59,370 nt of DNA, from the IMG/VR virus record IMGVR_UViG_3300045474_000007, positions 1-59,370 of that record; one strand, 5' to 3'. The translations under genes and the position numbers were made by a program. The notes under the pieces are model-generated. The model saw only the letters and a program-made list of their open reading frames with translations, did not search any database and had not been told where the DNA came from. Shown one piece after another: positions 53,924 to 59,370 of this stretch (its first letter is position 1; every line of letters starts with the position of its first letter). This DNA is from a virus (taxonomy: Duplodnaviria; Caudoviricetes).

Positions 53924-56782
53924 CTATACGCCTACTGCCTGCCAGTCGAATATTCCATCGACCGTATCGGCATTTCGATCAAACGCAATCCACGTAAACT
54001 GAGTCGTGCGCACCTCGCTAAACGAAACCGTCTTAACTCCTCCTCCTCGATATCCCCAACTCATAGACGGCGATAGATGATACCGCTGATCAAACACCAC
54101 ATCCTGGCCGCCTGCCGGAAGCACAACAGCCGTTCCTTTCTGTTCTACCCGTTTTTTGTCGATAACAACATCGAAGCTCTTTAGGGTGCCGCAGGAAGTC
54201 GGTGTGAAAGTGAACTGAATGCGGTGTTTAAAGAACCGCCCCTCAGCTGATACATCGCGCACTATTTTTTTCCATCCGGTGTACTCTTCCGCCGTGTTGA
54301 ACCGCGCTGTAGAAAACGCCCCGGGATAGAATGCGCCAGGATCGAACCCGCCAGAGAACCCGCCAGCATTAAGCCCGGTGCGAAAGTCGTATAGCTTAAT
54401 GACTCCAACCGCATTTATGATTCCCGGGCCTACGGAAAAGCTGGTTAGGATATACGTGCGCACGAGGTCTACAAAGTCTATATCTACTTCGTTGCTCTCA
54501 AAGTAAGCGTCCGGCACCGGGTCTACTACGAACGTGTTGAACAAATCGAAATTGTTTTCGTTAGCTGGCGTCCTGTCCTGCGGGTTCATGTGGCCCGTCC
54601 ATGGGTTAAAGACTAATCCATGAGCCGTCCCCTTGCTCCAATCCCACTCTCCCTTTATTTCGGATATCGCCTCGTATCCGATCCGGTCAACTAGGTCGCT
54701 TACTACTGCTGAAACGAACGGGTTGAAAAGGTGTGTATCCGGCGAGGGATCCATCGGCACTTCGTCAGTTGCCGGGTTAAAGTCATAGATGGCCGCATTC
54801 GTTTCCCGCAGGTCCATAGCGATGCCAAGCCCAGGAGTATCCCCTTGTCCCACCTGGGTAAACTGCCAACTAATAACCTCAAACGCTTTATCTATCCACC
54901 CTAGCCCATCATCGTTTAGATAAACCACATCCCCTGCCCTTACCCGTAGGCCCGCTAGAGTAACCACAATGGAGCACGATACCTGCTCCCGATTGCGTAG
55001 CAGATGCATAAACGCGGTGCGCTGAGCCATGCTGGAGGAAGTTGTAAACGGTAGTTCTATATCCTGCCAAATCTTATCGCCTCCGTCCTCGCTAACGAAC
55101 GTGGCATTAGTAATCGGCGGGAAGTCTGCCGACTGCCAAAGATTCTTAGGAGAGATGAATGTGCCGCGAACCGAGTTAAATAAATCCCGGCGGCTTCGCC
55201 TCGCTTGAACTTTTAAACTATCAACGTAGTCATTAGGGCCGAACGATACCGTTGGGGTTTCGTAGCCAGCCGCACGAATTAACCACTTACCGCCCGAATA
55301 GGCGCAGGTGCCGACAAGCGAAGTAAGCAAATCCTCAAATACTTCTCGCGGCGGTTGATCGCTAAAGATTAAACCGTTGGCCTCGTATTTCTTTTCGCTG
55401 CCGAGAACCGAATCATCGTCTACCCATACAGCTCCTGTAATAGTGCCGTCGTGAATCTGAACGGAGTCCTCCGCTCGTAGCCCCACTTTTTCGTCAAGCT
55501 TCCAATATCCTTCTAGGTTGTCCTCCCGGCCGACTAAACTCTTATAAGCGTAAGCTGAAATGCTAACCGCTGCTCGCGGCTCCGACCATAAGCGAACATC
55601 CTGAATGCGCCCTTCGAACGCTCTGCCGATCTTAAGGTTAGCTGCCGAGCTCGCCAGGGTTCCCGTAACCCCGCTAGCCGTGTTGGATAGAACTCCGTCA
55701 ACGTAAATCTTTTTAGTGCCAGCTACTGAGTCCCACACCGCCGCGATATGAGTCCATGTGTCAACTGCTAACTCGCTACCTGTATCCAACGTGACGTTAG
55801 ATAGCCCGCGAGTAATAAACCGCACCTTATCCTGCTCTACCTGGAGTGCCCACCCAGCCGCGCCCGTATCTTTCTCCAAAACTCCCATACCGGCTACGGT
55901 AACAACCCCAGGGCTAACCCTGGCTTCAATCGTTACGTCGCCAACAAGATCCAGCACCGTCCCCATGTCGATTACGTTGGAAACCCCGTCAAACTCCAGC
56001 GTCTGACCGGCCATGATAGCCACATCCTCATCGCAAGCGTTAGCCGCGTCAATCAGCAAGTCTGTGTCGATCTCTGTTGTGTAAGGGGCGTCCAGCCCGT
56101 AAATGGGATGGTTTAGCCAATGAGCCACGGCTAGAGCCGCATTGGGGCTATACTCTGTAGAGCTGTCGCGAGGATCGAAAAGCTTTGCCCCTCGAATAAC
56201 AAACGTAGGAGAAGGAATCTTGTCAAACACATCCCCATTGAAAAAAAACTTAAACACCACGTGAGCGATCCCCTGCAATCTATCGCTCGCCATATATCCG
56301 GGAAAGTTGCCTATTAACAGGGACGATGCTGTTTGATCCTCTGTTCCTAGATGTTTCTCGAATTCCACCCAACCTTTGAACTTAGGTTGGACAACCCCGA
56401 ACTGGTCAATCATCAACTCGTCATAGTTGTAAATTTCATCTATCGCTTCCACCTCGTGACCCGCTACGATAACTCCCATCATAAGTTCCATGTCGCTGTT
56501 AACGCTATCGTAGAAATGAAGCACCCCACCGCGCTTAACTCGGCCAAATATCATATCGCGGGGGTGGGCGGGTTCTTTAACTGTAGATTGTAAATCTTGT
56601 CGCCTGTTACTAATAGCTCTCTTATCCGGCTTGGACTTCAGTAGGGCGCTTACTCCCATGGAAATAGCCATTGAGAGAACCATCGCAATGACATTGGCAA
56701 TTATCGTTGCTACGGTTTCTGCAACTCCTGCGGCAACCAGAGCGGCTGTTATGGCCGGAATAATCGCAGGCATATCACCCAA
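53924..56782 (-). CDS. Tail tip hub/host-specificity protein (lambda J-like) with inserted LamG domain
   Basis: IFGRVKRGG, GAKLFDPR, NAALA, AANACDE and FNSVRGTF motifs; internal WTHIAAVWD LamG. Confidence 0.88.
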   Translation of the reverse strand: MGDMPAIIPAITAALVAAGVAETVATIIANVIAMVLSMAISMGVSALLKSKPDKRAISNRRQDLQSTVKEPAHPRDMIFGRVKRGGVLHFYDSVNSDMELMMGVIVAGHEVEAIDEIYNYDELMIDQFGVVQPKFKGWVEFEKHLGTEDQTASSLLIGNFPGYMASDRLQGIAHVVFKFFFNGDVFDKIPSPTFVIRGAKLFDPRDSSTEYSPNAALAVAHWLNHPIYGLDAPYTTEIDTDLLIDAANACDEDVAIMAGQTLEFDGVSNVIDMGTVLDLVGDVTIEARVSPGVVTVAGMGVLEKDTGAAGWALQVEQDKVRFITRGLSNVTLDTGSELAVDTWTHIAAVWDSVAGTKKIYVDGVLSNTASGVTGTLASSAANLKIGRAFEGRIQDVRLWSEPRAAVSISAYAYKSLVGREDNLEGYWKLDEKVGLRAEDSVQIHDGTITGAVWVDDDSVLGSEKKYEANGLIFSDQPPREVFEDLLTSLVGTCAYSGGKWLIRAAGYETPTVSFGPNDYVDSLKVQARRSRRDLFNSVRGTFISPKNLWQSADFPPITNATFVSEDGGDKIWQDIELPFTTSSSMAQRTAFMHLLRNREQVSCSIVVTLAGLRVRAGDVVYLNDDGLGWIDKAFEVISWQFTQVGQGDTPGLGIAMDLRETNAAIYDFNPATDEVPMDPSPDTHLFNPFVSAVVSDLVDRIGYEAISEIKGEWDWSKGTAHGLVFNPWTGHMNPQDRTPANENNFDLFNTFVVDPVPDAYFESNEVDIDFVDLVRTYILTSFSVGPGIINAVGVIKLYDFRTGLNAGGFSGGFDPGAFYPGAFSTARFNTAEEYTGWKKIVRDVSAEGRFFKHRIQFTFTPTSCGTLKSFDVVIDKKRVEQKGTAVVLPAGGQDVVFDQRYHLSPSMSWGYRGGGVKTVSFSEVRTTQFTWIAFDRNADTVDGIFDWQAVGV

Positions 56783-57197
56783 TGCTCCAGCATCGAGCCA
56801 TCATTGAGTTAGGCACATAGACCAGCCCTTGCTCTGTTAGGAAGGTGAAGTTGCGACCGATATTGATGCCAAGAGTCGGCCCCTCAACGGGATCAAGGTA
56901 TAATCCCAAATCCCCGCGGTGAATGAACGCGGACTCTACTTCCGGATAGGAAAACTTCAGCGCCATCGCCTCTGCCAGTTCTGGGATGGCTCCGCCGCAA
57001 TACTCTTTGACGAGTCGCGCACCTTCTAACGGCGTCTTATACGCAGAGCGAAACGGTAGTCCGGGGTCCACTCCCGTTACGGCAAGAATAGCGTCGCAAA
57101 CAAACAGACAGCAATCATTAACACCCCATTCAAACGCGCCGCGCTGCTTCTGCTTTATCACCTCGGCTAGACGGCTCTGCCAATTATAAAGCCTCAA
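56775..57197 (-). CDS. NlpC/P60-like tail assembly protein
   Basis: FEWGVNDCCLF..TGVDP..RGDLG; TTGA-coupled start with GGGAGG. Confidence 0.8.
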   Translation of the reverse strand: MRLYNWQSRLAEVIKQKQRGAFEWGVNDCCLFVCDAILAVTGVDPGLPFRSAYKTPLEGARLVKEYCGGAIPELAEAMALKFSYPEVESAFIHRGDLGLYLDPVEGPTLGINIGRNFTFLTEQGLVYVPNSMMARCWSIG

Positions 57198-57610
57198 GCC
57201 GCCTCCCAATCCAGAAAAATAGACTCCTGCGGCGGCCACTGGTGCCAGTATTGCAAGCTGACAATCACAGCTCCGTTTATCCCAACCACGCCGCCGTGAG
57301 GAACGTTGCGCGGGACGTAGAGTGGGAGTTTGGCCCGGTTCGATTCCTCATTCTTGAAAACGTGACAGCCTACGGAGAACACTCCGCTGCCGCTTATACC
57401 AAAGTCCAGTACGCTAACGTTAGGGTGACGATGGCGTGGCAGTCTCATGTTAGGCGGGAAGATAATCTGCTCAATCAAAAAATGCTCCGCTTCGTTGCGT
57501 ACTAATGTTGCCGTCTGGCATCCGCGATACTGGTGAGTTGATGCGACCGGCCAGTTCAAGAAAAAAACCACCCCGGAACGTTCTTTGAAGTATTTTAGGA
57601 TAGGTTCCAT
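57194..57610 (-). CDS. Cupin-domain protein
   Basis: PRHRHPNV..YVPRNVPHGG. Confidence 0.7.
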   Translation of the reverse strand: MEPILKYFKERSGVVFFLNWPVASTHQYRGCQTATLVRNEAEHFLIEQIIFPPNMRLPRHRHPNVSVLDFGISGSGVFSVGCHVFKNEESNRAKLPLYVPRNVPHGGVVGINGAVIVSLQYWHQWPPQESIFLDWEAA

Positions 57611-57612
57611 TT

Positions 57613-58194
57613 TTAATCCGTTGGCAGTTTGCCGCTGACCCATCTGACAGTTTTCTCTTGTAGCCCCGCGATAAATCGAAGTCCTGTATCCCCTGGGTGT
57701 AGCTGCTGTTGATCCTCCGCCGTGTAGCGCCGCACTCGTGGCCGTTCTAAATCGATCAACCGCGACTCCACATAAACTGTTATGCTGGCAGTCTCCCCGC
57801 CTTTCTCAATAATCGGGTAGTCCATGCGCCCCTTGAATATCTGGACTGCATCCGGGATGATAACCCAATCGCTATTAAAGAACGCAAGCCAGACTGTTGC
57901 AGGTCTGCCCTGAAAGTGCTCCGTTAAGCAAAGAGCAATCGTTGGGACATCTATTCCGGAAAGAGTAAATGCCACTCCGTTGGCTCTAACGTCTCCCACA
58001 GTTTCTTCCACTGCGCTAATTTTACCCAAGTGCCCCGCGCCAGTAAAAACATGGCTATTGAGCGTGAAGTTGCCGTAACCCGTCCACAATCGCACTGTAC
58101 CGCCGTCAAATATCATCTCAACAAACAAGGCAAACTGAATGTTCCCCTTAGCAACCTCCGCTCTGATCGCTGTTGTTAGACTCCGCTCTCCCAT
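57613..58194 (-). CDS. Minor tail protein (lambda L-like position)
   Basis: VRLWTGYG, FKGRMD and ESRLIDLERPRVRRYTAEDQQ..PGDTG motifs. Confidence 0.85.
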   Translation of the reverse strand: MGERSLTTAIRAEVAKGNIQFALFVEMIFDGGTVRLWTGYGNFTLNSHVFTGAGHLGKISAVEETVGDVRANGVAFTLSGIDVPTIALCLTEHFQGRPATVWLAFFNSDWVIIPDAVQIFKGRMDYPIIEKGGETASITVYVESRLIDLERPRVRRYTAEDQQQLHPGDTGLRFIAGLQEKTVRWVSGKLPTD

Positions 58195-59369
58195 TATCGA
58201 CCTCCAAATACATGGGCAAAGTTATTAGAACGTTGGCGTCTCTCGGATACAGCCCCTACGCTGCGCGTTACAGCTCGGTTCTCAGACTTGTTTATGGCCT
58301 GCTGGATCTCCTGGCTAACCCCGCGCTGGGCTCCCCTGGCGTCAATGTTGTAGGTGACGTTCCCGCCCTTGCCGCCCCCTACTGGAATAACTTCCTCGCC
58401 GCCGTGAACTACAGCCATCTGCGGTGAGCCGACAGGTCCGCCAACAATTCCGCCCTCGGCAAAGCCAAACATGCCGCTTCCAGTGCCAGCGCCGATACTC
58501 CACGCACTACCACCCCAAGAAGTCCCGCCCGCCGCTAACGCTGATCCTCCTGCCGCCGTTCCGGTACTACCTAGCGCACTCGCGCCCATGCCGAATAAAC
58601 TGCCGAGCATTCCCCAGATGCCACCACCGCCCCCACCGCTAGCATTGGCATTGATCGAGTCCTTTATGCTCTTTATCAGCGGGTCCAGAATAAGCAGCTT
58701 AAAGATAACATCGTTGATTGCGTTGACGGCATTCAAAGCCATGTTTTTGAAACCCTGGCTCACTGTCTGAGTGCCCTGAGCAATGCCCCTGATCGTATCC
58801 GTAATGCCAGTGCCAGCCCCACGGATAAGCCCCTCTATGGTAGTGCCAAGTTTAGCCGCTTCTTCCATGTCTTTAAGCTGGGCAATGCGAGCGGCCATAA
58901 TAGGGTCTAGCGTATTAAGGTCTATTCCTAAGCTCGTAACCATCCCTCGAAATGCCTGTAGCCGAGCTCCGGCCGCATCGAATGAATCCCCGAAGATACC
59001 TGCCTGAATGTCGATTACTCTTAGCTCATCGTCCAGTTTCTTAAGAGCTACGCCTTGCAATGTTCCAGCCGAATCCTCTAATGATCGGAACTGATTGCTA
59101 CGCCACGTATCCGCTGCCGCCTTATCTCCAGGACTAGCGACACCACCGCTTACCTTCTCCATTGCCAATATCATTGCTTTATATTGGTCGTTGATAGCCA
59201 TGAGCTTCTTTTCGTATTCGCTCATGCTGCCCTCTTTTAACGTTCTCATCGCATCGCCGTAATTTTTTAGCGCGGTATCTGTCTCGCTCTGAGTCTTGGC
59301 TAGGCTTTCGTTTACCTGCTTGGTGCCTTCCACGCTTAGGTTGTAATTGTCCAGAGCCTCTTTCGCGGC
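58194..59369 (-). CDS. Tape measure protein, C-terminal part (5' truncated)
   Basis: Ala/Gly-rich helical sequence; FAEGGIV..VHGGEEVIP; NIDARGA; frame open to the window edge. Confidence 0.9.
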   Translation of the reverse strand, partial: AAKEALDNYNLSVEGTKQVNESLAKTQSETDTALKNYGDAMRTLKEGSMSEYEKKLMAINDQYKAMILAMEKVSGGVASPGDKAAADTWRSNQFRSLEDSAGTLQGVALKKLDDELRVIDIQAGIFGDSFDAAGARLQAFRGMVTSLGIDLNTLDPIMAARIAQLKDMEEAAKLGTTIEGLIRGAGTGITDTIRGIAQGTQTVSQGFKNMALNAVNAINDVIFKLLILDPLIKSIKDSINANASGGGGGGIWGMLGSLFGMGASALGSTGTAAGGSALAAGGTSWGGSAWSIGAGTGSGMFGFAEGGIVGGPVGSPQMAVVHGGEEVIPVGGGKGGNVTYNIDARGAQRGVSQEIQQAINKSENRAVTRSVGAVSERRQRSNNFAHVFGGR

Positions 59370-59370
59370 A

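Noticed and set aside
29209-56782. Diversity-generating retroelement acting on the adhesins
   Set aside because: No reverse transcriptase and no TR/VR pair differing at adenines was seen.
2451-59007. Numerous plus-strand and nested ORFs in the six-frame track
   Set aside because: They are shadows of minus-strand genes without RBS or motifs; only 474-1145 and 39601-39882 have independent support.

Overview
The window holds most of a tailed dsDNA phage genome (siphovirus-like), with nearly all genes on the minus strand. Reading right to left: tape-measure C-terminus and tail-tip genes; a ~25 kb block of fibre/adhesin-like genes (LamG, beta-helix, Calx-beta, GH43), many with Sec-type signal peptides; lysis genes; a ParB-like/GREB1-TAGT glycosyltransferase pair; an AT-rich early promoter with a long leader; early, recombination and replication genes (UvrD, SNF2-like helicase, N4/N6 MTase, annealing protein, exonuclease, O-like initiator, DnaB, ParB); terminase, portal, an intein-containing head-morphogenesis gene, and the start of an XkdF-like protease. 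I saw no integrase, repressor, tRNA or CRISPR array. The main observations are: (1) an intein whose endonuclease is a separate gene on the opposite strand, with its own RBS and candidate promoter; (2) a type II hammerhead ribozyme ending a ~470-nt boxA-containing early leader; (3) two homologous promoter-hairpin-terminator attenuators ahead of late genes; (4) a C4-like kissing-loop RNA before the replication genes; (5) six dispersed ~80-bp repeats; (6) signal-peptide-bearing tail-region proteins. All calls come from manual motif recognition; no database searches were run.
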